Assembly: GCF_009914755.1 (NCBI RefSeq)
Contig: NC_060946.1
Length of the DNA stretch: 64,000 nt
DNA from: the human T2T-CHM13v2.0 reference genome, Homo sapiens
Reading direction: 5' to 3' (one strand)
Position 1 is the stretch's first letter. Each line of letters begins with the position of its first letter. Of the stretch, positions 16,556 to 33,857 are shown piece after piece. The translations under genes were made by a program, and so were the position numbers. Below the pieces are notes generated by a model. The model did no database searches and was not told the DNA's origin. It saw only the letters and a list, made by a program, of their open reading frames with translations.

Positions 16556-18330
16556 GAAGAAGAAAAGATTAGCTTTTTCTCTTCCATAAAACTGCAGTCT
16601 ATTTCCCGGGGCCTAGCCAGCATCAAACCCTGCTTTCCACAGAAGCCCATGGAGGCTGATGTCGTAACAGCATGGATAGACCTTGACAAACCAGGGGATA
16701 TGGCCATAGAGCACGAGCCACAGAAGGCAGGACACTGACCCCCTTTCTTCAGCTTCCCAGCTATCACTGCAAGGGCAGGGCAGTTGGGGGACAGAGAGGC
16801 TGGGGTGGGGAACCAGAAACAAGCAAGAATTCTGGACCTGCCACTTGCAGGAAGTCTTTTCATCTCAATGAGGCTGTTTTCTTACTGGTAAAATGGGAGT
16901 TACAATGCCTCCTTCCCAGAACTGTTCTAAGGCTTGGCTAAAACGAGAGATGCGAAGTATTTCACATATAGTTGGTGCAGAATACATCTCAAAGAGCAGC
17001 CTGGGCTATTTTTTCCTTTTTGTGGGGGAAGGTAAAAAGAGAGGTATTATATCCACTTTATTGCATTCAAACACTGGGCCCTTCAAAATGACACTTCCAA
17101 GGCTCGACACTGTGCAGAACAGACCATGAAAACCAAGGCATTGGCAGGGAGATGAGGCATTTAACACTGCAGCCACAACTCCCCGCACTGCTATAAGAAG
17201 GAGATGGATAGTCACTCCTAGCTATGGTGAATGGGGATACAGGAAGCAAATGAGCCATAACTCAGTGATCCAGCGTCTGTGGAAAGGGCACAGAGAAGCC
17301 TGACAGCTCCAGAGAGCATTCTCTTGCTAGGAGCTCTGTGCAAGGAAGCTGCTGTGCAGTCTTATCTCTTCTTCTGTATTTCAAGGTGACTAGCTCATTT
17401 ATGGAGGGTCACAAGCCCTGCATGATAGTAAGATCAGCTTAGAATAATACACATTTAAGAATAAAAACAAGGAAAGCCCCAAGACACCATTTGCCCTGCA
17501 GCAATTTCAACCTGCTGTTCTTACTGCTACCACTTTCCCTGCCTACTAAAGCAAGGCTGTTACTATAGCAACGAATCTCCAGCGTGGGCCCCAGGGAAGG
17601 TCAGTTTACCACTCTAAGCCTCTAAGCGGGGAAGGGGCTGCAATAGTTTAAGAGCCCTCCAGAGCCAGGCAGGATTTCAGACATCCCAGCCTTCTAGGAA
17701 GGAGCTTCAGATCAGGTACGATGCTGGGGCTATGGAGGGAAACACTGGGTTTCTAGGGAACTCCCAACCCAGGCTGTGACACACTGCGGAGGAGTTTCCA
17801 GCTGACACAGAACCTAGAGCTGTCCAGGCTAGGAAATGAGGCCATGAGCAGGGGCGGCACAACACATGCACGTACGTGTGCAGTCTCTGCCTGCATTATC
17901 TCACTGCATCTGTAACAGGAAGGTCTACCACCATCCCTACGTGACTGAGGAGTTAGCCAAGGCTCAAGGGGCCAAAGGTCTGTGGGCAAGTTCACACAGC
18001 TAGAGGACAAGGGCCAGGATTCCATCTCAGGCCTTCCCTTTCTCCAAGGCCTGCGCTCTGCAAAACTAGAAACAGCGGAAGAAGAGAACCAACACTTGTT
18101 GGATGCCAATGCACCACCAGTGCTATGCGCTTGACTCACTCTTACCCCCCACAAAAACCCACAGAGGCAGGTAATACCTCCATCGTCTAAACAAGAACGT
18201 CTTGCCCAGGGTCACACAACTGAGGGCTGAGCCTTTATCTCTTCCCTGGGTGTTGGCACAGTGCTGTGAGGGAAGCACAGGAGATCGGCAGAGGCCGCAG
18301 AGGGGCAGGAGAAGGTCTGAGGACACTCAC

Positions 18331-19240
18331 CACTTCCTCTATGGCTGCGCTGTCTCCCAGCAGCGGCTCCTCAGCCAGCAGGGACAGCATCAGCCCTTTG
18401 ACGCAGTGAGTGTAGAGATTCATCCTCACGAGCCCCATGCAGGACTCTGCTGGTGTCAGCCTGGAGCTGATTCCATCTGCAGAGGGGCCAGCACCCTGAC
18501 AGTTTGCTGAGCCTGAACTGCATTCCAGACCAGGGGCTGCGTGGCTTTCACAGACCCCATCAACATCCTCATCCAGGCCTTGTTCCCCCGTGGGAAGCTT
18601 GTTTCCTCTCTGTCCTGGATCTAAGCGAGGCAATAACAAGGGCCTGCGGGTCCTTCTGGGGAGAGGGTCTGCTCTGGGAATGGGGGCTTGGCTGCTATGG
18701 CCAGGATGGTCTTCGAGCTGCTCTTGGGCTCCATGCTGGGTCAGCATCTCAGGAGCAGAGGGAGGGCGCAAGCTGCTGATGGCTGTGTCCTCAGGAGGCG
18801 TGGGTTCCAGGCTGCTGGAGGCGCTGAGAGATGCCTTGCAGTAAGGAGCCCTGCCATCTGGAACAGGCACATGTAGGAAGGCAAAATGACCTGAGGCCAT
18901 TTCCACTTCCTGAGCCTCTGGAATGTGGATTTCAGACAAGTCGAGTTCTTCTTGGAGAAAGACTAGTTCCTTCCCCAGGGAGGAGCTGAGGCCAAGAACC
19001 TCACCCCTGGCAGAGTTGTGCAGTCCTGCGGGCCTGATGCTCTCCAGATCATGGCCAGACAAGCATCCGTTCTCCTTCCTGCCATCTGGACAAGCTTCGT
19101 CAGGGGATGTGGGATCTGGGGTGGTCCAGGCCATGGATTCCACATGGCCAGTGGCGTTTTCTTTCAGGGCAGATGTGCTCCCACCCTTTGGATGGTGCTG
19201 GGCTGAACCATCCTGGAGTCCTGCTGGAGATGCTAGAGAC
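18331..19240 (-). CDS. HPS4: HPS4 exon 11 (910 nt; S/P/G-rich linker to ...AAIEEV)
   Basis: ccag|G, GTG|gtgagt; inside ORF 18235..19305. Confidence 0.96.
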
Positions 19241-19867
19241 CTGGCAAACAAGAGAGATGTAAGGAAGGGGCACGTTGACAGACTGCAGGGCAAGTGCCCT
19301 TCCACAGTGAAGACTAAAGCACAGGCATCAAGGACAAGGGGGTGCCTGAGGCCACAGAGCCTAAGAGGCCACCAGAGTTAAATCACAAGAGTAAAAATAC
19401 ACCAACATCTGGCCCTTGGGGCTTTACGTAGTGACACCAGACTCACCTACTGAAAATGGCAGAGCCCACTGAATAAGACTGACCCACATCTGGAAGGTCT
19501 CCTACGCATCAGGCCCTATACTAGGTGCTGTACCTATACTATTTTCAAGTGTCACAATGAACTCATGAAAGGGATACTATTTTGTCTACTTTTCAGATGA
19601 AAAAACTGAGGCTCAGGCAGGGAATGGACTTGCCCAAGGTCCCATAGCTGGTATAAGTAAGAGAGCTGGGATATGAAAGCCAATGTCATCTCTCTATGCC
19701 ACTCTGTTTCTTAACAAACTCAAGATTCAGATGCTCCTTTACAAGACAGGGCATGGGGAAGATGGAATTAAGGAACGATGGGATGTATCAGAGGTTTGTT
19801 TTTTAACCAATCACGCGATGGGGTCCCTCAGGTGTGGTGCAAGGTTAACTCTCTGTGCACTCCATTA

Positions 19868-20224
<357 letters not shown>

Positions 20225-20464
20225 TTACAAGAAGAAGATATAAGCTAAGAAAGGGATCTGCTCCAACTCAGGCTTCAGAATAAATCGAAATAACTCTCCT
20301 GAGGACGCCTCCACATCCTGCAAAAGGTCTTTCTGGCAGTCGCTGTTTGCCTTACCCTCTCCCAATCACAATCTCCTGGCACTTGACCGAGCAGTCTCAC
20401 AATATGAAGTTAAGGAGAGTCTGAAAGCAGGGATTTGACAGCATGCCTAAAATCATAGCTTTAC

Positions 20465-20518
20465 CATTAGGGTTCTGGTGGGTAACTCGATTCTTGAAGC
20501 TCCATAACATCCATTTTC
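20465..20518 (-). CDS. HPS4: HPS4 alternative in-frame cassette exon (+18 aa KWMLWSFKNRVTHQNPNG)
   Basis: tag|GA acceptor, G|gtaaag donor, 54 nt, phase 1-1, no stop. Confidence 0.65.
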
Positions 20519-20639
20519 CTATTATGAGCAGAGGAAATAAACATGCAGATGGCTTGGTTTCCTTCGCATAACTTGTACAGGGGTAGGTAGCATAAAAGAC
20601 AGCCGTTCTCAAGAGGCAACCATGCGCCTCACTACTTAC

Positions 20640-20676
20640 CATGTTCCTGCGGGGCATCCCCTCCCGTAGGGAGTCT
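20640..20676 (-). CDS. HPS4: HPS4 exon 9 (RLPTGGDAPQEH-G)
   Basis: ttttcag|AGA, G|gtaagt, 37 nt. Confidence 0.93.
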
Positions 20677-21645
20677 CTGAAAACAAACACACACAGAAGT
20701 TGGCGCTGGGCACCACATTCTCCTCTTGACCTAACCATCAGGAATTTGCTGTGCCATCTGTTCATAAAACTTAGCCAGGCCCAGAAAGCTTGTCCCAACC
20801 ACATGCTAAGAGCCAAGCAGATGGAACAGAAGCTCCCCCAAGCTGCTGGCTCCCACTATGGCTGGGATGAAGCAAGAACCTGGGCCCACACAGGCTGCAA
20901 GGCAGCAGCTCCACCCAAACTCACATCACACTCTACGTTCTGATTTTCTCAGTCTCTCTCCCTTCTGGGAATAAAATTGAGGATTCCTGTTCTCTTTTAC
21001 ACCTTTGGGGAACTCATATTCTAGAATACAGTCACATCTGCCACAGCCCTGATGTAGAATTCACATAAATTCCATTATAATAAAAATGTCAAAATACTGT
21101 GACTCTCACGATAAAGGATTTGACTTAAACAAAATGCTATACCCAATCTCTCGTTTGTTCTGGTTCACAATCAGGGCCTAAAACCTGATGATTTTCTCAA
21201 AAATGAAAACATCTCTCGTCTCAATCTGAGGGTTCCAAAAGAACCCACCAAAACAAAACCAAACCAAACAAGAACTGCTCTTCTAGCCAAAATGACTTTC
21301 AATCTTAGAATGATATGGTGTTCTTCCTTTTTTGGTGATTTTTAAAAAACTATGTTTTAGATTACTAAGCCTAACCTCAATTTACTCTAGACAAAGCGTT
21401 GAAAAAAAAAATCACATACAATCCCTCATCCCCAAGCTAGTACTATTAATATTGGGTATTTTTTCCTTAAGCCTATGCATTTTTTATACTTTTGAGGCCA
21501 CACTATATAAAATTTCATATTTCTGCTTAAAACAGTAACATGCATTTCCTGCCACTAAAACATCTTTGGCCATTTTAAACGGCTGATTAAAATTTTATGA
21601 AGGTTTAAGTGATATGAGTAAATTAATCATTTACCTACCTTAGAC

Positions 21646-21817
21646 CAGTAATTAGTAAACTTTCTGTGCAAAAGACAAGACAGTAAATATTTTTGGCTTT
21701 GCAGGGCATATGGTCTCTGTCCCACCTACTTGGTTCTGCTATTATAGCTCAAAAGCAGCCAAATAAAACTTCATTTGTAGGCAGGTGGCCCACAGGCCAT
21801 AATTTGCCACCTCCTAC
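21646..21817. mobile_element. MER58A-like, internally deleted
   Basis: gtaaatatttttggctttgcagggcatatggtctctgtc...ccataatttgcca motifs. Confidence 0.6.
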
Positions 21818-22289
21818 TTTAAGCATTCAAGTTTTGTCTGATTTTTCACTTTCATAAAGCTTGTTGTGATCAAGTTTTGAGTATAAATTTTTTTCAGCAG
21901 TTACATTATTTCCTTAAGATATATTCCTAGAAGTCAAATTATTAGGAAAAAAATAAAGGGCATCCTTAACGTTCTCATTATCAAAGTGTTTCCCAGAAAG
22001 GCTACTCGAATTGACACCCATAGCCACAGTGGCTGAGGAGGCTGAATAGAGCCCTACCAGCATTTTACATGCCTGTTCACTAATACGTGTAAAAAGACAG
22101 CCTCATGATACGCTGGAAACCACAGCTTCATACACAAAACAAAAAAAGGACTGGAAGGAGATATGCCAGATGCTGGCAGTGGCTATCCCTGTACAGTTCA
22201 AAGATGGGCAATTTTATTCTCAATGAGCATGCATGGCTTTTTTTTCAATATAAAAACAATTAAATAAATATAAAATGGAAGTATTTTAG

Positions 22290-22629
<340 letters not shown>

Positions 22630-22964
22630 TAAAGACACATCCTTTACAGTCTGTCTCTGAAAAGTCTAACATCTCTTTGACATAAAGAGACATCAAATTC
22701 TTATGGGAAGTCGAATTCAACCAAGATTTCCTTGGTTTGAAGAAAAAACAACTATCCAGGCCTAGCTCGTGGAAGAAAACATTTTCTTTCAGCCTCACCA
22801 ATGGCTTCACTACTGAGGAGAATGACATTGGAGGACTTGGGGTCCTGACAAGACCAAGTGAAACAACTGCTCCACGGCCTCTGCTCCTGATCCCTCCAGC
22901 CTCAGGCTCAGTGACCAGTGCTCTGGGGGATGCTGTCCAGCCAGGTGGGTGGACTTTACAATAC

Positions 22965-23037
22965 CTGCTCCTGAGGTGCTGTTCGGTGAAGCAGGACCTT
23001 GGCGGTGAGGGAGGGCGGGAGTTGGGTGCTGACAATC
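22965..23037 (-). CDS. HPS4: HPS4 exon 8 (IVSTQLPP...APQEQ)
   Basis: tag|G, CAG|gtatt, 73 nt. Confidence 0.94.
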
Positions 23038-23578
23038 CTAGGAGGTCACACACAGAACAAGAACACCATGAGACGAAATACACCAAAACACTCCAAATTT
23101 TAAAGGTGCCTAACAGCCCGTGTTGACGAGGATCTTGGGGACTTGGCTGGTGGGAGTTTCAACTGGTAAAACCCTTACAGAGGGCACTCTGGCAGTTCCT
23201 ACCAACATTTAAAATATCCAAACCCTTTGACTCAGCTTGTACCAAGATGTATGCGTAAGAATATTCATTACAGGGAGAATGGTAAAAACAATTAAAAAAT
23301 GAGTAAACCACCAAAATGTTCATCAACAAGACAGTAAAGCACAACACAGCCAGAATCCCAAAAAGTATGCAGTCCTCATAAGAATGAGGTAGACCCATAT
23401 GAACCGGTAAGGAAATCTTCACTGTATGCGTTGAGAAACCATGTGATCCTATTTAAGGAGATAGCAAAAATAAACAAAAGCAATATACGCATACATGTAC
23501 CGGTGGGGACAAACACACAGAAAGAGCAAGATGCCCACCAAACTGCCAATGGTGAGGACAGGTTAAGAGTGAGGGAGA

Positions 23579-23880
23579 GGCTGGGCACAGTGGCTTACTC
23601 CTGCAATCACAGCACTTTGGGAGGCTGAGGTGGGAGAATAACTTGAGCTTAGGAGTTTGAGACCTCCATGAGCAACATAGTGAGACCCCATCTCTACAAA
23701 AAAAAAAAAAAAAAAAAATCAAAAGCTTGGCCAGGTGTGGTAGCAAGTGCTTGTTGTTCCAGCTACGTGGGAGGATCACTTGAGTCCAAGAGGTCGAGGC
23801 TGTAGTAAGCTGTGTTTATGCCACTACACTACAGCCTGGGCAACAAAGCAAGACTGTGTCTCAAAAACAAACAAACAAAA
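23579..23880 (+). mobile_element. AluJ-like, inside an old L1M remnant
   Basis: Diverged dimer with expanded middle A-tract. Confidence 0.8.
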
Positions 23881-23990
23881 ATGGTGAAGAAAGAAGGGGG
23901 GCTTTTAAATTGTGCTCTGTGTGTTCCTCTATTGATTGATTTGTTTACAGTGAAAATGTATTCATGTATTAGCCGTATAATGTAAATACA

Positions 23991-24126
23991 GGCTGGGTGC
24001 AGTGGCTTATGTCTATAATCCAAGCAGTTTGGGAAGCTGAGGATCGCTTGAAGCCAGGTGTTTGAGACCAGCCTGGGCAACATAGCAAGACCTCGTCCCT
24101 ACAAAAAAAAAAAAAAGAAAAAAAAA
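23991..24126 (+). mobile_element. FLAM-like Alu monomer
   Basis: Left-arm monomer plus poly-A. Confidence 0.75.
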
Positions 24127-25130
24127 TATATATATACATTTAAGAAATGCAAAATGAGAAAAGGGGAAAAAAAATACTGTCTTTGGTGGGTATGTCACTG
24201 ACGAACTTGGAAATCCCACAGCTGATTCAGAACCATCATGATAAGAACCGGGGCAAGGAAGAAGAGTGCAAAGCCCACCAGGGTCTATGCTCGGTTCTTC
24301 CGCATCTGTCATCTCATTTCATTCTTCACAAGGGATGTCTATTTCCCAGAAGAGAAAATTGAGGCTAAGCAACTTGCCCAAGGCCGCATGGCTGGCGAAA
24401 GAAGGGAGGATCTGGGGCCGAGCCTGTCTGGCCCAAGGGCCCCTGCGAGAGCCTCAGTGCTTCTCCATTTACACAGTAGTTGCCTGCTCCTCAGGAAGCT
24501 CCGGGCACAGCGCAATGGCCCTGCCTGCCCTGGGCTGTGACAGCAAACCCTCCATGAGGAGAGAGGCCTTAGATGACCTAGAGTGGCTCTTGGGCACTCA
24601 GATTCACCAAGAAGCCCTCCAACTACATGAAGAAGTGAAGTGAATTCTCAGAGGCCAACCAAGACACTGGCCCAGCCAAGAGGCTTGAAGGCAGCTGGAT
24701 AAGGGCCTGTAAGGCTGCTTTGCAGAGCTGAGCTGAGGCAAGCACACCAGGGTCTCTGGGCAGCAGGAGGAGGGTCACAGCAGGCCCCTTCCATGCCTCT
24801 TGACTACAGTGCTGGCTGCTGGCAACGCTCGGGACTCTGCATTAGCATTTTGCAGACTGACAACTATTCCAGCATGCCCCATACTGAGAATTATAGGGAC
24901 ATTCTTAACTCTTTTCTGAACACAACTATTTCCAATTTCTCAGCTTTGCTCAAAGACAGGTACACACCTGTCTTTCTAAACTGAGTCAAATCTAAACTAC
25001 CTGATATTTGCCGAACCAGCCCACTTGGAACTGGCCAGAGACTGGGCTCCCCACTGTGATCTGGAGGTGGCTGATGGTCAGTTGTGCAGCAAGGGAATGG
25101 GGCTGGAAGAAAGGGGTCTGGAGTTACTCA

Positions 25131-25328
<198 letters not shown>

Positions 25329-26639
25329 TCAAAGCCTGGAAAAGGAGAATGTGTCACACAGTGAAAGCTGTGCCATGGCTTGGGACTATTCTACCTCTCT
25401 ATACTCAGAACTGCTGACACCACTAAATGCCAAATTCTTAGAACAAGGAGGCCTGTCCAGAAGCTAGAAGGTGCAGCAAATATGGCATATGGCTATTCAA
25501 AGGGGTCAAAGTAGATGGCCTGGGAGACCGACTGTCTACCCTGACAATGCTAAGACCTCACGGCAGCAGAAGAGGAGGGTGTATCCTATAAATACATGTC
25601 ATGGTACCAGGTGAAACCCACCTACCCTATCCTCCACTTTCCTTCTGAAGCACAATCCCCATGGTGATACAGGTGGCTTGATGTCTGACCAGGTTCCATG
25701 ACTCTATTCCATCACATAAAATGAAAACATCATGCTCTTTCACTCGGGGAAATATGCCTCAGTTCCACATTCCTTGTATGGAGTCAGGGGCCTAGAAGTC
25801 CCTAAAAATACAAGAAAAGCATCTGGACCTGGTCAGGAAGAGCCAGCAATAACCAGCAGCCTCCTCAGACTTCCACCTGCCAGCTAGAACCAGCAAGTAT
25901 CCACCAGCTGTTAGAACTAGTGTTAATGGAGCCTCCGGAGCTGCTGACACATTAAGAAGTTTATTCTTCATAGCCTCAAGACTGTGCCATCCCAGCCAGC
26001 CATTCTATAAAGCTCTGGGGCCAGCTACAGGAAGTTTTCCAGACTGGAGCAGGGAAAACCCTTCCCCATGTCTGGTGGAGTCATGCTCTGTGAAGGCTGA
26101 GTCACAGTGCTACACCCCTGCTACAGGGACATTATTTACTATCGCAGTGAGACACAGGAGAGGGCTGTGAGTCAGGGCTCAGGTAGCTGGCTCTTAATGG
26201 GGCAGCACAGGTGGTCAGGCCAGCCACACAAGCAGCCTAGGTTTCACTGAGTGCCAACCGCAAACGGAGCGGCTCAGAGATACAAAAACAGTTCCCAACC
26301 ATTCTCTCTCAAAGACAGCAACCTTGTTTTTGAAATGTTCATGCTGGGCATTTTTGATGCTGAGAATAACTAGATCATATGATATGAATATCAAGAGAGG
26401 CGGCCTTCAGATTACTGAGTTCAACACTTCTGAGGCATGAACAAAATACTAATTCCCTTTACTGAGCATTTACTTGGTGTCATTTGAGGTACTGCTTCAC
26501 TTGATCATCAAAACAGTTCAAGAAGGCAGGTATGCTGACACCATTCTTTGGATAAGGGAAATGAGGCTGAGAGGTGACCTGCCGTGTCATGGCCCTGCCT
26601 GAGAAGTGACATTCTACTCACTTTTCCAGATATAGTTCA

Positions 26640-26831
<192 letters not shown>

Positions 26832-27229
26832 CTAAAACAGAAAGAGCCTCAGGTCAATATCTGAGATTTTGAGGGACAGATTCTTTGGCCAGAGTCCCAA
26901 CTACCTCAAAAATTGTTCCTCACACAGGAAACTGACCGGAAGGGAGGACCTGTTTTAAACCTATCCCATCACAGATCCACGGCGCCTGCCGCGTGGGGGT
27001 GGCAAGCAGGGCCTGCGCTTTCTAAACATCCCAGGGAGGAGATGGGGATAAACATTTGGAATAAATGTGACCTATGCCACTAGGCCCAAAGGCATATGAG
27101 GGGCCTCCAAGAGCTCCTGACCTTGTCCCCAGACACAATGTGTTTATATGAAGTATACAAGACCCCAGAGTAAGTGCTGCATTCTGGCAATACCGGTTTT
27201 TATAAAGAGGCCCAATGTAAGACTCCTCA

Positions 27230-27430
<201 letters not shown>

Positions 27431-27898
27431 TCAATTACCTGACTTCACTGGCCCATCGAAATTGATCTTCTATTGTCCCTGAGTCCACACCCTTCATTCT
27501 GGCCAAGTTAATCTCCATGGACAAGTAAGTTCTGTACCTCAATTCATGTTTTCCAATCTCAAATGTCCTTTTCCTTATTGTTCATTTCCCCAGAACTTAC
27601 AACCTTCAGTGCCCACCACCAATTTCAGTATCTCCATGAGGTCTGTTCTATTACCTCGAGCCAATAATGCTGACCTTTTTTCTGACCCTTGCATTGTTAG
27701 GACTGTTATTTGGACAGTAGATGTTTAATCTGGATTCCATTACAAACAATGGACAGGACTCAAACTCCTTCATGAATGGCCATCATGTTTCTCCAGCTGG
27801 ATAGAGTGCTTTAAGAGCAAGAACTGACCGCAATCTTCCCAGTCCTAGATCTCCAAAATGCTGAGCGTAGTGGTTAGTTCCACAGAAGATAAATACTT

Positions 27899-28178
<280 letters not shown>

Positions 28179-29760
28179 TTAGAAAGTTATCTGGTCATAT
28201 GTTTAAAGAGCCTGAAAAAGTTCCTATTACTTGATGTAGTAATTCTACCTCTAGGAATCTGTCCTAAGGGAATCATCAGATATTTAAACTAATAAACCCT
28301 GACAGAAAACAAATAAACAAAAATTCCCTCTGAATGTAAGCTACAGTAGCACAAGGATCTTTGCTTTGTTCCCAGATGTAATCCAAGAGCTTACAACAGT
28401 CTGGCATGTAAGAAGTGTTCAATTCTTCCAATTGATGAACAGACTGAATGCAATTGCAATCATAATCCCACCAGCTTTTCTTCAGAAACCACAAACTGAT
28501 TGTACAATGAAAACACAAAGAACCTGAAATATCCAAAGCTATCTTGAGAAAGAATAAGGTTGGAGAACTTATACTATCTGGTTTCAAGACTTACTATAAA
28601 GCTATAGAAATCAAGACAGTGTGGTACTCACACAGAATCTTCAAACAGATCTGTGGAAAAGCCGAAAAGAGTCCAGAAATAGACCCACGCTTAAATGGTC
28701 ATCTGATCTTTGGCAAAGGAACCAAAGGGAAATCCAATAGGGAAAGGAAAATGTTTTCAACAATGATGCTGGAAGAACTGGTTATCCAGGTGGAAAAAAA
28801 AAAAAAGATCCTTGACCTCTATTCACACCATTCACAAATATTAACCCAAAGTGGATTACAGATCTAAATTTAAAAGCTAAAACTATCAAATTCTTACAAA
28901 AAATAAAAAAGGGAGACTATCTCCTCCAATGGAGTAGGCAGTGGTTTTCTTCAGGCAAGACACAGAAAGCAATAACCATAAAAAGATAAAATTTATAAGT
29001 TAGACTTCATTAAAATGAAAAACTTCTGCTCATCAAAAGACAACAAGAAAATTAATAGGCATGCCACAAACTGGGAGAAATTATTTTAAAAAGATGTATC
29101 TGACAAAGAACTGGTATCTAGGATATAAAAAGAACTACAATTCAATTAAAAAAATAAAACCCAATTTAAAAAATGGGCAGGGCTTTGAATGGACACTTCA
29201 CAAAGGAAGATATTCAAGTGGTCATTAAGCACATGAAAAGGCCTCACTATCATTAGTCATCAGGGAAGTGAAGACTAAAACCACAATAACACACCACTGC
29301 ACATCCAGCAGAATGGCTAAGATGAACAGACTGTCAATCTCAATGCTGATGAGCAGGTGGAGTAACTGGAATTCTCATACATTCTTGGTAGGAATGTAAA
29401 ATGGTACAACCACTGAAGGAAAAGTTCTAACAGTTTCCTATAAAATCCAACATACACCTACTCTATGACCCAGCAATTCCAGGACTGGATATTTACCCAG
29501 GAGAGATGAAAACATGTGTTCACCAAAATACTTGTATAGGAATGTTCCCAGAAGCCTTATCCTTAATATCCCCAACTGGACACAGTTCAGATGTCCATCA
29601 AAAGAAGAACAGATTGTGATATATTCAGACAACGGAATACTGTTTGATAATAAAATGGAACGAACGCTGATAGATGCAACAACATGAACGAATTTCACAA
29701 GTGTTAAGTGGCAAGACAGACGCCTGTAAAGCATGTAACCACAAACAAGCATTAAATTTC

Positions 29761-30063
<303 letters not shown>

Positions 30064-30124
30064 CCAAACATTAAATTTTAGTTGATGATATGCATGATAG
30101 AGTATCTGTGTGGAGAGTACACTA

Positions 30125-30469
<345 letters not shown>

Positions 30470-30763
30470 AATTTGAATTAATGGGAGGATAAAGGAATGA
30501 ATAGATAGGTAATAAAACAACTATAATAAAATGCTAACTGTAGAATTGAGGAGGTATATGAGTATTCACTGTAAAATTCAACTGTTCAGTACTTTAAAAA
30601 ATTTTCGTAATAAAATGTTGGAAATAATACCTACAAAGTTGAATATAGCATCCCACACTTAAGCATCCCTTTACCTCAGGAAGCCTTAAAATAAATGTAG
30701 CCATGGGAAACAGCACTTTAGATTATATGCTACTATTAGAATGTAAAGGAATGATTTTTATTC

Positions 30764-30998
30764 TTTTTTTTTTTTTAAGACAGGGTGTCACTCTGTTGCC
30801 TAGGCTAGCGTGCAGTGGCAATCATGGCTCACTGCAGCCTGAAACTCCTAAGCTCAAGCAATCCTCCCCTCAGCCTCCCCAGTAGCTAAGACCACAGACA
30901 TGAGCCACCACACCCGGTTAATTTTTAAATTTTTTATAGAGACGGGGGTCTTACTATGTTGCCCAGGCTGATATCGAACTCCTGGACTCAAGCAATAT
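30764..30998 (-). mobile_element. AluJ-like, partial
   Basis: Reverse consensus, 5' part missing. Confidence 0.8.
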
Positions 30999-31394
30999 TC
31001 TTTTTTTTTTTTTAATGGGTTCTCTAAAACCTAACATATATCTATCATTTTTTTCTGGGTCACTTACCCAGTAAGTGTAGAGAGCATGGAGAAGAAAAGA
31101 TGATGATAAAAACTCAATTTACAACACAGAGTAAACAGAATTTCCACAAGTTGGCCTAAGTCTTTGAAAGGAAAGGAGAAACCAGCTGTGTGCAATGCAG
31201 AATATGTTAGAAATGTTTTGGAAAGCACTTGATGATGAAAACCTGCAGAGAGTACCACAGGAAGCGAGGGTGATTACTAAACACAGTACATGGATGAGGT
31301 TGGTGGGGGCAGATAATTCTAAATTCAAGACTCAGAAACAACATAACTTCCTAAACTTATCATTGCAACACTTCAGCACTGATTCTGCCATTCA

Positions 31395-31598
<204 letters not shown>

Positions 31599-31614
31599 TC
31601 ATTTCTTACAGCAT

Positions 31615-31797
31615 ACTAAAGCCTGCAAGCCAAATCCAGTCTGTTACCCGTTTTCCTATGGCCTGTAAGCTAAGAATGGTTCTTATACTTTTTAAAGGTT
31701 ACAACAAAGAAGAACATGTGATTGAAACCTTATGTGCCTTGCAAAGCCTAAAATATTTACTTTCTGGCCCTTTACAAAGTTTGCCAACCCCTACCTG
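31615..31797. mobile_element. MER58C-like DNA transposon
   Basis: gctaagaatggtt...aagcctaaaatatttact.tctggccctttaca..gtttgccaaccc. Confidence 0.55.
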
Positions 31798-32698
31798 AGA
31801 TGACTGAACCCTAAGAGAACACCCAGCAGGAACACATGAGATGACTGCACAGAACCACATTTCTGTTGCTAGGATTATAGGCATATGCTTAGCAGAAGCA
31901 TGAGCCTTTCACTCCTACTCAAATCCCCCATACGGAGTGGCCAGAGGGATGCAGATTAACCCCAACTATCCATGTCAGAGCACAGTCACAGGAGGGAATG
32001 TACAGAATCTCCTAATCAACCTTAGCCTTAACTAACGCACAGGACAGCCAGACAGTATGGGATACACAGGAAATGTATACACCACCCATGAAGAATTCTT
32101 ACCTAGAAAACTGAGCTTGAACCTCACCAAGACTCTAGATCTTACTACTAATGTAAAGGAAATACAGTGGATAGGAGACATTAAATGACACCACCATGAG
32201 GAACAAATCAGCCAAATCTAGAGTGTGGGACATTCTAACACTCTACTACACATATGACCTGGTTTCTTCAATAATTCAATGGCATAGAGGAGGGGGAAAA
32301 AGATGAGTGGCTGGGTGAGGACTGTTATTAAAAGGACTTAAAATACAAAATAACCAAATAGAATATGTGGATGCTGTTTGGATCCTTATTAGGAAAAAGA
32401 AAAAGAAATGGAAGGATGGAAGTATGGGTGCATGGAAGGAAGGAAGAGCAGAATAAGTAATATCCAAGACAATAAGGCAAAATTTGAATACAGTCTGGGT
32501 ATCAGGTAATATTAAGGAATTACTGTTACTAATTACTGTAACTTTCGTTAGGTGTGGTAATGTTCAAAATAATGCCCTTTTCAGTTAGAGATGTTGCTTG
32601 ATACTGGTGAGATGACGCAACATCTAGAATTTGCTCCAGGAAAAAAAAAAGAGAGAGAAGAAGAGGTTCAGATAGGTCACATAAAATTGGCAAAGTAT

Positions 32699-32998
<300 letters not shown>

Positions 32999-33091
32999 TC
33001 GGCAAAGTATTGATAATTGTTGAAGCTACTGATGGCATATGAGGGTTCATGATACTTGCCTCTCTGTTTTTGTATATGTTTGAATACAAAC

Positions 33092-33406
<315 letters not shown>

Positions 33407-33593
33407 TAAAAACCAAGCTGATCAAAAAATTGGGGGTAGAGGGAGGCAGACAAAAATCATGATGGAAATAGAAAGCTAAAGACGATGAAAGTGCCGAGCT
33501 GCCTGGAAATTTTAAGACCAGAACAACAAGAAATAGTACAACTAAGAATAAGACAGTAGAAATGTCATTGTCTGGATTAGCCAAACTGTCCTA

Positions 33594-33857
<264 letters not shown>

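Noticed and set aside
17869-17878. 10-bp palindrome CACGTACGTG
   Set aside because: Too short to be distinguished from chance without binding data.
20397-20816. 139-aa ORF spanning HPS4 exon 9
   Set aside because: Out of frame with exon 9; only its 54-nt cassette portion has splice support.
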